A stretch of DNA of 64,000 nt. Source: an uncultured Nitrospiraceae bacterium. GTDB taxonomy: Bacteria > Nitrospirota > Nitrospiria > Nitrospirales > Nitrospiraceae. Numbering within the stretch: position 1 is the first letter of the stretch; every line of letters starts with the position of its first letter. This document shows positions 28,397 to 37,260 of the stretch, piece after piece. Both the position numbers and the translations under genes were made by a program. The notes beneath the pieces are model-generated. The model searched no databases, was not told the DNA's origin, and saw only the letters and a program-made list of their open reading frames with translations. The DNA lies in NCBI GenBank assembly GCA_963706325.1, contig CAVPLT010000001.1, positions 1,120,001 to 1,184,000 on the forward strand, read 5' to 3'.

Positions 28397-28414
28397 ATCC
28401 CTCTTACGCGCATA

Positions 28415-28663
28415 TCAGACTTGTTTCATCCATTCCAGCTGTCCAAGCTCATTAAGTTTGTGATACAGCGTAACCCATGGGCAGGTCATTTCTGGGTAGA
28501 CCTCACAGAAGCCTCCTTTACGGACACCTCCGCAGGGACCATGACTCATGAATTTTGGGCATTCGGCTTTCAGGGAGCCATCGGGGATGGGAGGCCGTTT
28601 GTGCACCCCGCCAACATGCTGCTCGTTTTGTTCTTCTCCCGGCACGAGGACTCGTAAAGACAT
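28415..28663 (-). CDS. Short MetV-like protein (MTHFR C-terminal Cys-rich domain)
   Basis: CPKFMSHGPCGG...CEV...CPW motif characteristic of the MetV/MTHFR_C domain. Confidence 0.75.
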   Translation of the reverse strand: MSLRVLVPGEEQNEQHVGGVHKRPPIPDGSLKAECPKFMSHGPCGGVRKGGFCEVYPEMTCPWVTLYHKLNELGQLEWMKQV

Positions 28664-28932
28664 AAGCGCAGTTTAAACTGAAAGTCGTTAAGCAACAATA
28701 TTTACCCCTTTCTGGAACGAATTTCAACTGAATTGGGGATGCATCCCTCTGCAAGAGAAGTCTCGCGTTCTCGTTAAACTGGTGCCAAGGGCCTAGCGTG
28801 AGTGCTTACACTAGGCCTTCTTTCGTCCTAAGTGGGCCTTCTGAAAAGTTGCATTGCTCTTCTGGACAATTTAGACTGGCTTTCCTATTGGAATGATAGC
28901 CCTGATTCTCGTTGTAGGGTGATGCCGTACGA

Positions 28933-28962
28933 TTGACAGATTTTTTCGTCCTTTGCTACACT
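28933..28962 (+). promoter_or_regulatory. Putative sigma70 promoter of the oxidoreductase operon
   Basis: TTGACA 28933-28938, 18-bp spacer, TGc-TACACT (-10 at 28957-28962). Confidence 0.6.
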
Positions 28963-29123
28963 CGCGTCGAGGTCATCATCTAGAAGAGAACTCACATTTT
29001 TTCCCAAGTCAGGATTGCTCAGTACTCAGGCCAGTCAACGTCGATACAATCCGCACATGAGTTTCCTGTTAGCTGCGTCACGGCTGGGAGGGATTCACCG
29101 GCAAATAAAGGGAGGGAGTCATT

Positions 29124-30023
29124 ATGAGCCTTGATTACGTCAAGTTTTCAAGCGGCTTCGAAAAGTTCATGCCGAAAGAATACAGGGACATGGTCGAACA
29201 TGGACCTTTCGGCAAAAAGGTATCGGTATCGCAGATGGGATCGTTCAAAGAAGTGCTTGAAGAGCATCCTATGTGCGCCGGCTGTGCGATGACCCTCTTT
29301 ATCCGGCTCGCCATAATTGCATTTCCCAACCCAGAAGATACCATCACAGTTGGAACCGCCGGCTGTGGGCGTTTGGCGATCTCGCAAGCCGCCATTCCTT
29401 TCGTATATGGTAACTACGGCGACCAAAACGGCGTTGCGAGTGGACTGTCTCGTGGCTTACGCCTGCGCTTTGGCGATAAGCCAAAAGATGTAGTAGTGAT
29501 GGCCGGAGACGGTGGTACTGCGGATATCGGATTTCAACAGGTGCTGCACTCATGGTTCCGCAAGGAGCGGTTCACAACGATCATGTTGGACAATGAAGTG
29601 TACGGGAATACAGGTGGACAAGAAAGCGGGATGACGAATCGCGGCGCTGTGCTCAAGATGGCCCCGCTCGGCAAGAAGTTTGAGAAAATGGACATGCTCC
29701 AAATGGCGAAGGTCGCTGGCTGTGCCTATGTGGCGACCGTGGTGCCGAATAATCCCCGTCGGGTTGAGAGCGTCATTAAGAAGGCCGTATTGATTGCAAG
29801 AGAGGTCGGGTCAACATACATCCAGGCTTACACGTCGTGCAATATTGAGTATGCCATTCCGACAGACAAGGTTATGGAAGACGCCAAGAACGTTGAGAAC
29901 GATCGCTATCAGTTCTCTGAATACATTACTGACGAAGCGAAGCAATTTCTCACTGAGCGCTATGGCTATAAGGAATTTCTCCCGAAGCCGGCCGCTCCCG
30001 CTCCTGGTCTTCCAAAGGCCTGA
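29124..30023 (+). CDS. forB: 2-oxoacid:ferredoxin oxidoreductase beta subunit (probably 2-oxoglutarate-specific, five-subunit type)
   Basis: MCAGC, TAGC and TPP-binding GDGG...DNEVYGNTGGQ. For versus Por is inferred from linkage to acl/icd. Confidence 0.85.
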   Translation: MSLDYVKFSSGFEKFMPKEYRDMVEHGPFGKKVSVSQMGSFKEVLEEHPMCAGCAMTLFIRLAIIAFPNPEDTITVGTAGCGRLAISQAAIPFVYGNYGDQNGVASGLSRGLRLRFGDKPKDVVVMAGDGGTADIGFQQVLHSWFRKERFTTIMLDNEVYGNTGGQESGMTNRGAVLKMAPLGKKFEKMDMLQMAKVAGCAYVATVVPNNPRRVESVIKKAVLIAREVGSTYIQAYTSCNIEYAIPTDKVMEDAKNVENDRYQFSEYITDEAKQFLTERYGYKEFLPKPAAPAPGLPKA

Positions 30024-30046
30024 GTCACGTTTAAGGAGGATTGAGT

Positions 30047-30760
30047 ATGGCGAAACGGTTCAACATTCGAATGGCGGGCGTGGGTGGCCAAGGGGTTGTG
30101 ACAGGCTCACACATTCTGAGCACTGCGGTTATCAATGCTGGGGGCGAAAGTACGATCGTTCCGTTCTATGGATCCGAGAAGCGCATGGCTCCCGTGGAAA
30201 GCTATGTTCGGGTGTCAGACGAGCCTATTTATGAAATCGGAGAAATCACCTTCCCTCACATCATTATCATTTTCCATCCACAGGTCATTACTCATGGCAA
30301 ATCGTACACGATGCCGTTTTACTTCGGGCTGAAGGAAGACGGAATCGCGTTGATCAATAATGATGGTCCTATGAAGCTCCATCGGGATCAGGCTCGTGAG
30401 TTAGAAGAGCGCCGTGCAAGACTCTACTATTTCCCTGCTACCAAGCTCTCCCTCGAAGTGGCTGGCATGGACCTGTGCACAAATATGGCATTGATGGGGT
30501 GTATCGGTGCCATCACGGGGCTGACCACGGTGGAAGCGTTGGAGCAGTCGGTGAAAGACCGGTTCCTTGGTAAAGGATTTGTAGTCTCCGGTGGGACCGC
30601 GGCTCTGGACAGTGTTGTCGAGCGGAAATTCAAAAAGAAGCAAGAATTGATCGATAAAAATGTGGCGGTGATTCAGGCTGGCTGGAACTATGCAGTCGAT
30701 AACGGTTGGGCTGCGCCGACGGTCAAGCGATCTGAAATCCGTGCGACCGTAAGCGCCTAA
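30047..30760 (+). CDS. forC: 2-oxoacid:ferredoxin oxidoreductase gamma subunit
   Basis: IRMAGVGGQGVVT, YGSEKR, SYVRVSD. Confidence 0.85.
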   Translation: MAKRFNIRMAGVGGQGVVTGSHILSTAVINAGGESTIVPFYGSEKRMAPVESYVRVSDEPIYEIGEITFPHIIIIFHPQVITHGKSYTMPFYFGLKEDGIALINNDGPMKLHRDQARELEERRARLYYFPATKLSLEVAGMDLCTNMALMGCIGAITGLTTVEALEQSVKDRFLGKGFVVSGGTAALDSVVERKFKKKQELIDKNVAVIQAGWNYAVDNGWAAPTVKRSEIRATVSA

Positions 30761-30773
30761 CTAAGGAGCTCCA

Positions 30774-31097
30774 ATGTATTTAGTAGCCCATATTGATGTT
30801 GAAATTTGTGCCTCAAAGAGCTGCAAGCTCTGTACGCAATATTGTCCTGAGGCTAATACCATTCAGTATAGCGAGGAGATGGGGAAAGAGAAGGGCTTTA
30901 AGTACGGTTCCGCCTACGTCGCCGTGGATCGTTGCAAAGGTTGCGCACAATGTGTCTGGGTCTGCGACAATATGGCAAAAAATAATGCCATTAAGATGAT
31001 CATGATCGATCAACTACCCATGGCGGCATTGACTGATAACATCACTTATGGCGATAAGAGTACGATAGCGGTCTTGGCAAGCCCAGTGGTCGGGTGA
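30774..31097 (+). CDS. forD: 2-oxoacid:ferredoxin oxidoreductase delta subunit (2x[4Fe-4S] ferredoxin-like)
   Basis: CASKSCKLCTQYCP and CKGCAQCVWVC. Confidence 0.85.
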   Translation: MYLVAHIDVEICASKSCKLCTQYCPEANTIQYSEEMGKEKGFKYGSAYVAVDRCKGCAQCVWVCDNMAKNNAIKMIMIDQLPMAALTDNITYGDKSTIAVLASPVVG

Positions 31098-31112
31098 GCG
31101 TAAGAAAGGGGA

Positions 31113-31883
31113 GTGGGCGTGGGAATGACGCAAGATACGAGAGAGAGAATTATCGTGCCGGGACCGGCAGGGTTTCATCCACCATCAGCTGCTCAGTTGG
31201 GGGTGGCGCTGCCAGATCCAGGAGAAGGGCTTTATTATGGATTACTTGAGCCCAAAGAAGACATAGTGATTGAAGAGATGGCTCGGAAGATGTTGACAAG
31301 CCCGAACGCCACGATTTTTCCTGGGCCTCTCGTCCTGTGGGCCTGGAATGACCATGCCATCGAAAAGGCTAAGGCAGTTCTGGAAATCGCTGCGCAGATT
31401 CCCGAAGTGATGATTATTCCCATGCCAGACTATCGCCCGAAATACCCCAAGATCGATCCAGAGGAGGTCATCAATCCGAACCATCCCAATCTTACGATTT
31501 GGGGGAATAAGATTGAAGCCTGCATTTTCATCGGCGTTCATTGTCACTACGCCAATCTCACTCTGAAAATGATTCGTGCTGGGACGAACTGCTGCACTAT
31601 GGCTATTTGCGCCGAGCAGGGCCATGAAGATGCCATGCTGACCATTCGCGATTCAGACACTCTAAAGTTGAAAAAGACCGCGCAAATCTTCAAGAAAGTT
31701 CGTGAAGAGATGGGCATTAAGCTGCCGGATAGCGGCGAAAATGTCCGATTCACTGGGACCCAGGCCAAAGTCCATAATGGCAAGACGCATACTAACCCTA
31801 TGACCTTTATGCCCTCGGCTGCTGGCGTTGGCAGCGCAGCCACATTTGGCCACTCAGCTGATCAGATGAAGCGAGAAGGCTAG
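31113..31883 (+). CDS. forE: 2-oxoacid:ferredoxin oxidoreductase epsilon subunit (start 31113, 31119 or 31125)
   Basis: In-operon position; GVHCHY...C...GH motif of the epsilon subunit of five-subunit enzymes. Confidence 0.8.
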   Translation: MGVGMTQDTRERIIVPGPAGFHPPSAAQLGVALPDPGEGLYYGLLEPKEDIVIEEMARKMLTSPNATIFPGPLVLWAWNDHAIEKAKAVLEIAAQIPEVMIIPMPDYRPKYPKIDPEEVINPNHPNLTIWGNKIEACIFIGVHCHYANLTLKMIRAGTNCCTMAICAEQGHEDAMLTIRDSDTLKLKKTAQIFKKVREEMGIKLPDSGENVRFTGTQAKVHNGKTHTNPMTFMPSAAGVGSAATFGHSADQMKREG

Positions 31884-31920
31884 AGCTTAGGTTAAGGCGA
31901 TACAGTCAAGAGGTGCAACG

Positions 31921-33267
31921 ATGAGCGAAGCATTAGAGCCCCAACAAAAGACGAATCCCCAAGGCGATCCTATTACGAGCGTGTCTGCCCCTAAGGCTGA
32001 AGCTAAGAAGGATCCTCATGCTGATGCGAAGCGGCAGAAGATTGTCACTCCCGAGTACCTATTTTTAGAAGCTCCGAGGACGAAAGAGTTTATTACGGGG
32101 AGTGAGGCAGCGAAAGAGGCCATCCGTCGTTCTAACGTCGATCTTGCCATTGCATATCCCATCACGCCGCAAAGCGAAACGATGCAGCTGGTAGGCGTAT
32201 TGTACGGCGAGGGATATGTTAAGGAATATTATCGTGGGGAAGAGGAAGTCGGCGTGATGGCGGCAATTGCCGGAGGGTCGCGAGCTGGCGTTCGTTGTTA
32301 TACCGCGACTGCGGGCCCTGGGACACTGAGGGGACTCGAGGGGATTGCTTCTTGGCCGGGCCATCGGTTGCCCGTCGTTGCCATGTTCACATGTCGGGTG
32401 GTGAACGCGCCGTTGGCTATTCAGCCGGATAATATCGAGGTGTCGTACCTCCTGAATTGCGGCATGATTATCTTTCACGCAGAGAATCAGCAAGACATGT
32501 ACGACTTCACGCTGGCCGGCTTCATCATCAGCGAGAAGAACGATGTCACGCTTCCTGTCGGTGTCTGTTGCGATGGGTTCTTTGTCACGCATGCCAGAGG
32601 TTATGTGCGTATGCAAGATCGCGGGATGAAGCTTCCGCCAAGGGAGCCATGGCGAGGCGCTGTGCCTGTATTGGATGCGGAAAACCCTCCTGCCAGACTG
32701 TCCAGAGATGCCCCAGTTCAGAAGTCGAATTTTATGGCCTACAATATCCACGCAGTATGGCAGCAAGAAGTGTGGGCTGGCGTCGAGCGTTCCCGCAAGT
32801 ACATCAATCAGTATATGGGTGGCCTGCTGACCGCGGAAAATGTGGATGATGCCGAAGCTGTAATCATTGCGTCGGGCAGTGCGGCCGCTCAGTCTCGTGA
32901 AGCCGTGCGAATTTGCTCAGAGAAGGGTATCAAGATCGGCTTGATCAAGATCCGATCGCTCCGTCCGTTCCCAACCCAAGAATTGCGCAAGTTGTGCGGG
33001 AAGGCCAAGTTGATTGTTGTTCCCGAATTCAATTACGTGGGATGGCTAGCAAAAGAGGTGGCAACCGCTGTCTACGGTTTCTCCAATGCTAAAATCATCG
33101 GTGGCCCGCGAGTGTATGGTGGCCAATCGATGCCGGTCGAATTGATCGTGGATGAGGTTGAATCCGGCTTGACGGGAAAGAAGTCGACGAATGTGGCGAT
33201 GTCTCAAGTCATGGGCGCCTCCGCATCTGACCATGAGGCCATGGGGCACTTCATGCGTAGCATTTAG
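31921..33267 (+). CDS. forA: 2-oxoacid:ferredoxin oxidoreductase alpha subunit
   Basis: AYPITPQSE, TATAGPG, RSLRPFP. Confidence 0.87.
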   Translation: MSEALEPQQKTNPQGDPITSVSAPKAEAKKDPHADAKRQKIVTPEYLFLEAPRTKEFITGSEAAKEAIRRSNVDLAIAYPITPQSETMQLVGVLYGEGYVKEYYRGEEEVGVMAAIAGGSRAGVRCYTATAGPGTLRGLEGIASWPGHRLPVVAMFTCRVVNAPLAIQPDNIEVSYLLNCGMIIFHAENQQDMYDFTLAGFIISEKNDVTLPVGVCCDGFFVTHARGYVRMQDRGMKLPPREPWRGAVPVLDAENPPARLSRDAPVQKSNFMAYNIHAVWQQEVWAGVERSRKYINQYMGGLLTAENVDDAEAVIIASGSAAAQSREAVRICSEKGIKIGLIKIRSLRPFPTQELRKLCGKAKLIVVPEFNYVGWLAKEVATAVYGFSNAKIIGGPRVYGGQSMPVELIVDEVESGLTGKKSTNVAMSQVMGASASDHEAMGHFMRSI

Positions 33268-33294
33268 ACTAAAAGCATAGTTCGAACCAAACAG

Positions 33295-33327
33295 CAGGGC
33301 CCGTTCGGATAAACCGAACGGGCCCTG
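33295..33327. terminator. 14-bp perfect hairpin between convergent genes (probable terminator, weak U-tracts)
   Basis: CAGGGCCCGTTCGG-ATAAA-CCGAACGGGCCCTG. Confidence 0.7.
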
Positions 33328-33357
33328 TGCATTTGAGGAAATGTTGGAAGCCGGTTT

Positions 33358-33606
33358 TCAGCCCTGAAGATCTTCTTCGACCAGATCAGGGCTTTCCGGC
33401 ATCCCGTGAGCCACGTATTTGGCATAGGATAAATAGATCGATGCGCTATCACGCATGGCTTTGGTGCCATTGGCCATGCGATGCAGCTTATCCGAGCCCG
33501 GCGCTTCAGTCTTACGCAGATGATCGACATGGTCATGGAGGACGAGCGTGAAGCGCTCCATGGCCATTTCCACCTCTCGATAGGCTTGCAAAATAGGGTC
33601 AGTCAT
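33358..33606 (-). CDS. Small hypothetical helical protein (82 aa)
   Basis: ATG at 33606 after GAGGAG; amphipathic-looking sequence. Confidence 0.7.
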   Translation of the reverse strand: MTDPILQAYREVEMAMERFTLVLHDHVDHLRKTEAPGSDKLHRMANGTKAMRDSASIYLSYAKYVAHGMPESPDLVEEDLQG

Positions 33607-33674
33607 GTGAAGTACTCCTCTCTTGAGAGAATACCGCAGCATGGTTTGGGGGGTCAACCAAGAGGCCGATCACT

Positions 33675-34880
33675 ATGTACCAGCTATCGTCGGCAGTGTT
33701 AAGTGCCATCGCTGCCGTGGCTAGGGTGAATGTGCTGGAGCCGCATCAGCGGGTGCCCGAATCCATCATTAAAGGCGTGTCACGACTCTCAGAAATCTTT
33801 ACGAGGCGTGGCCAAGGTCCGGGGGTAGCTTATTTCCAGGACCCTCAGTTATGTGCCGCATATCTAGCCTACTACGTGCCAGTTAATCTTGGTAAAGTGC
33901 AGGTTCTTTTGGATGAACTGAAGCCGGCGCTTCCCCTCGGTTGGAGTGAGGAATTTCGAGTGTTAGACATCGGTGGAGGCCCTGGAACGGGAGCACTGGG
34001 CGTGCTTGATTGGTGCCGATCAAAATCTGTGATACCTGCGTCTTCCCTCCGTGTGACGGTTGTTGACCGTTCGCCGCAGGTCTTGAGGCTGTGTGCTGAG
34101 ATTTTGAAGGCTTATGGTGAACAGCATCCAGATCAAACCATTGCCTCGGTGAAAACAGTTGAATGGAATCTTGAGCGTTCCCTTTCCCCAGGTCTCCGTG
34201 AAGTTGGCACGGGGGATGGCTATCACCTGATTATTATTCAAAATCTTCTCTCAGAATTATTTGTCGGGAGTCCGGACCCAGTATCGCAACGAACTGCATT
34301 GGTTGGCGAGTTATTGAATTCTTTGGCCGCGGATGGGAGTCTGATGCTTATTGAACCGGCCCTGCGATCTGCCTCGCGGGGGTTGCATCAGGTGCGAGAC
34401 AAGCTTTTGGCGGGGCAGCACTGTTCTGTTTATAGTCCCTGTCTCCATGACGCGCCTTGCCCTGCACTGGTGAAGCCGGATGACTGGTGCCATGAGGAGC
34501 GAAAATGGGAGGTTCCAGCCTGGATTGTTCAGGTCGATCAGGAAGTCGGGTTTATAAAAGATGCCCTCAAATTTTCCTATGTGATCTTGCGCAAAGATGG
34601 GAGAACTCTCGTGCCTCGAAATGCGAATTATCATCGTGTGGTCAGTGAGTTACGTGTTATGAAGGGTGAGAAGCGCGTCTGGCTATGTGACGAAGCGGGA
34701 AGACCGGAAATTGGACGTCAGGACAAGGAAAGATCGGCCGCCAACGCTTCGTTCGATGACTGGCATCGTGGGGCAATCGTACGGGTCAGTGAGATTGTTA
34801 GAAAAGACCGAAAGGGCAGGCCGGCCATGGTGGGGCGAATTGTTTCGTCGGGAACAGCGGAAATAGTCCGTCCTGCCTGA
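33675..34880 (+). CDS. Rsm22/METTL17-family class I SAM-dependent methyltransferase-like protein
   Basis: AYLAYY, VLDIGGGPGTG, LIEPA, SPCLHDAPCP, WCH, FSYVILRK, KGEKRVWLC. Confidence 0.8.
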   Translation: MYQLSSAVLSAIAAVARVNVLEPHQRVPESIIKGVSRLSEIFTRRGQGPGVAYFQDPQLCAAYLAYYVPVNLGKVQVLLDELKPALPLGWSEEFRVLDIGGGPGTGALGVLDWCRSKSVIPASSLRVTVVDRSPQVLRLCAEILKAYGEQHPDQTIASVKTVEWNLERSLSPGLREVGTGDGYHLIIIQNLLSELFVGSPDPVSQRTALVGELLNSLAADGSLMLIEPALRSASRGLHQVRDKLLAGQHCSVYSPCLHDAPCPALVKPDDWCHEERKWEVPAWIVQVDQEVGFIKDALKFSYVILRKDGRTLVPRNANYHRVVSELRVMKGEKRVWLCDEAGRPEIGRQDKERSAANASFDDWHRGAIVRVSEIVRKDRKGRPAMVGRIVSSGTAEIVRPA

Positions 34881-34884
34881 GATC

Positions 34885-35079
34885 CTAATCTGCTTCCGGT
34901 TCAGAGCTGCCGTGTTGATGGGTGACACGGTCCTCATCGAAGAGTTCCGCCATCTCATCTGCCATCATATCGCGGTCATTGGGTACCGAAACCAGGGGGA
35001 TTTCCTTGCGTGGCTTCTCTACAGCTTCACTGGGGGCGGGAGTAGATTGAGGTGCTTTGGGGGTTGGTGCATCGCTCAT
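34885..35079 (-). CDS. Small acidic hypothetical protein (64 aa)
   Basis: GAGG RBS upstream; co-oriented downstream of the zinc-ribbon gene. Confidence 0.55.
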   Translation of the reverse strand: MSDAPTPKAPQSTPAPSEAVEKPRKEIPLVSVPNDRDMMADEMAELFDEDRVTHQHGSSEPEAD

Positions 35080-35114
35080 AGAACCTCAGTATACACCAAC
35101 GGTGATCAGAAAGG

Positions 35115-35474
35115 TCACTCAAATGCTTCTAAGGATGAGTGTTCAGGGAACTGTGTTTTGCAGGCCGTGCAGGTGACGAAATAAATGGCTTCACGAACCG
35201 ACATGGTAATGCGGAAATCGAGGTTCACACCTCGATGTTGACAGCTTGGACATGAGATTTCTTTCAGTCGATAGGGGATATCCGGCTGGGTTCGCCGATA
35301 AAAATCCATATCGGTGTACACCGGGAAATTATATCGACACTTGAGGCAGACGGCACGACACTCCCCGTCGGCCTGCAAGGTTCGACGGTCGACGGCGAAG
35401 GTGTTCGTCTTGCAAATTGCGCAGCGTACGCTTGGCAGCCGTTTCTCAACCTCTTCAAGAGATGTGTGAGCCAT
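35115..35474 (-). CDS. Double zinc-ribbon protein (four CxxC pairs)
   Basis: CAIC, CLKC, CPSC, CTAC in 119 aa. Confidence 0.8.
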   Translation of the reverse strand: MAHTSLEEVEKRLPSVRCAICKTNTFAVDRRTLQADGECRAVCLKCRYNFPVYTDMDFYRRTQPDIPYRLKEISCPSCQHRGVNLDFRITMSVREAIYFVTCTACKTQFPEHSSLEAFE

Positions 35475-35556
35475 CAGTTTCCCCAGTAAAGATATCAGAG
35501 TATACGCACCGACCTAGGCCACCTTCAACCGCCCAACTTAGATTCTCAGGATTCCC

Positions 35557-35584
35557 TTGACCGATCGGCCATGGGCCCTATACT
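35557..35584 (+). promoter_or_regulatory. Putative promoter giving a near-leaderless phosphatase mRNA
   Basis: TTGACC 35557-35562, 16-bp spacer, TATACT 35579-35584; ATG at 35594 with no SD. Confidence 0.4.
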
Positions 35585-35593
35585 TGCGAGACC

Positions 35594-36022
35594 ATGCATA
35601 TGATTACCAAACGACTTCTCGTGGGCAATGTCGATGATGCGAAGAACCCTCCGCCGGAGGTGAGTGCTGTTCTAATGGTGGCGGAAGAGCAGAACGTGAC
35701 GGTGCCACCGAGGGTTGTGTACGCCAAAATTCCTTTGAAAGAATTTGGTGAGCCAACGGTCTCGTCGCTGGGCAAGGCTGTGCAATGGATTGAGACGCAT
35801 GTTGTGGATCACCGCCTCATGGTGTGTTGCCGGGTTGGCATGGGACGTTCGGTCTCGGTGGTGATTGCGTACCTCTGTTGCGTAGAGGGACTGTCCTATC
35901 CGGACGCTGTAAGGCTTGTGTTAACGCGTCGTCCCGGCGGTATGCCTTTACCGCATCTTGAAGAAATCATTGATGACCTTCTCCGTCTCCGTCAGAGCGG
36001 ACGCGATTCCTCGATCGCCTAG
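35594..36022 (+). CDS. Dual-specificity protein phosphatase family protein
   Basis: CX5R P-loop VCCRVGMGRS, followed by VIAYL and RRP. Confidence 0.85.
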   Translation: MHMITKRLLVGNVDDAKNPPPEVSAVLMVAEEQNVTVPPRVVYAKIPLKEFGEPTVSSLGKAVQWIETHVVDHRLMVCCRVGMGRSVSVVIAYLCCVEGLSYPDAVRLVLTRRPGGMPLPHLEEIIDDLLRLRQSGRDSSIA

Positions 36023-36214
36023 AGGTCGGGGTGCCTGCCAGTCGCTACCAACTTTTCATTATTCGTCTTCCGCCTAGCCTAGTTTTACGATCTCAGCTCC
36101 ACATCATTTCAGCCCGCGAAAAGCGTTGATGCGTGGAGTTGCATTTTGTCCCATGGTCATGGCGTAATTCGATGTCCGTGAGGAGCGGCCTTCATCACCT
36201 CGGAATTTACTTCG

Positions 36215-37066
36215 ATGCCAGAATTGCCGGAAGCGGAAGTGGCTGCGCGTCAATTACGAGACCGAGTAGTTGGAGCTACCGTGCGCGATTGCTGGGTCGG
36301 GCGTGACGACATCGTTCGAGAGGGATTATCGTCTGTAGCGTGGTATCGTCAGTCCAAAATAACTGAAGTCGAGCGACGAGGGAAGAGCGTTATTTTCACC
36401 TTTGCTCGCAACGAACGCGTGAGATTTCTCGCCGCCGAACTGGGCATGACCGGCTTGCTTGTATTTCGGTCTACTCAGACCAGGCATCCCCAGCACACCC
36501 ATTTTATTCTGCATCTGGATGGAGCGGCCGAACCCGAGATCCGATACTGGAATCCTCGACGATTTGGGCGTCTGTCATTGCTTGATCAGGCAGGACTGGA
36601 TCGGTATACAGGACGCCGATTTGGGTACGATCCTCTCGCGATAACCACGGAAGAATTCCTGCGGCTGCTCGGATCGACACGCAGCCGGCTGAAGTCCCTG
36701 TTAATGCATCAACAAGTGATCGCGGGGATTGGAAACATCTATGTCAATGAGATTCTCTTCCGTGCCGGTCTACACCCGGATCAGACCGCCAATCAGCTTC
36801 AGGCGAAGGTCGTTTTGCGACTCTATGGAATTATGGGAGAGGTGTTGCGAGAAGCCATTGCCATGGGAGGTTCTAGTGTGCGGGACTATTTTGCGCCGGA
36901 TGGAACAGAAGGTCAGTATAAGCGGCGGCATCTGGTCTATGCGAAAACCGGAGAGTCCTGTCCGAATGCTTGCGGGGCAGTGATCCGACGATCCGTGGGC
37001 GAGCGCAGTTCATTCTATTGTCCAACTTGCCAACGGAAAAGCCCTAACCGTTCTGCCAAACGGTAG
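36215..37066 (+). CDS. mutM: Formamidopyrimidine-DNA glycosylase (Fpg)
   Basis: MPELPE, RRGK, LGMTG, PRRFG, GIGNIY and a C-terminal zinc finger. Confidence 0.93.
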   Translation: MPELPEAEVAARQLRDRVVGATVRDCWVGRDDIVREGLSSVAWYRQSKITEVERRGKSVIFTFARNERVRFLAAELGMTGLLVFRSTQTRHPQHTHFILHLDGAAEPEIRYWNPRRFGRLSLLDQAGLDRYTGRRFGYDPLAITTEEFLRLLGSTRSRLKSLLMHQQVIAGIGNIYVNEILFRAGLHPDQTANQLQAKVVLRLYGIMGEVLREAIAMGGSSVRDYFAPDGTEGQYKRRHLVYAKTGESCPNACGAVIRRSVGERSSFYCPTCQRKSPNRSAKR

Positions 37067-37260
37067 AACGGCGCCTTCGCGTGGTCGAAGCCGCAACAAT
37101 AAGCTTATCAATTATTTATGGTGATGAATCTTCGGTGCTTATTGTGGTAGGACTTCTGTGCTCGAAGCGTAGGCCCTTTGGAGGATTGAGCTAAGCAACG
37201 GAATTCGGTACTCTGTCGCTCCTTTTCTCTGCCCTATCACACACCAAGGAGTCGTCAACC

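Noticed and set aside
28397..28780. preQ1 riboswitch upstream of queF or the metV-like gene
   Set aside because: No preQ1 hairpin with an A-rich tail is seen, and queF is only 18 bp from the upstream gene.
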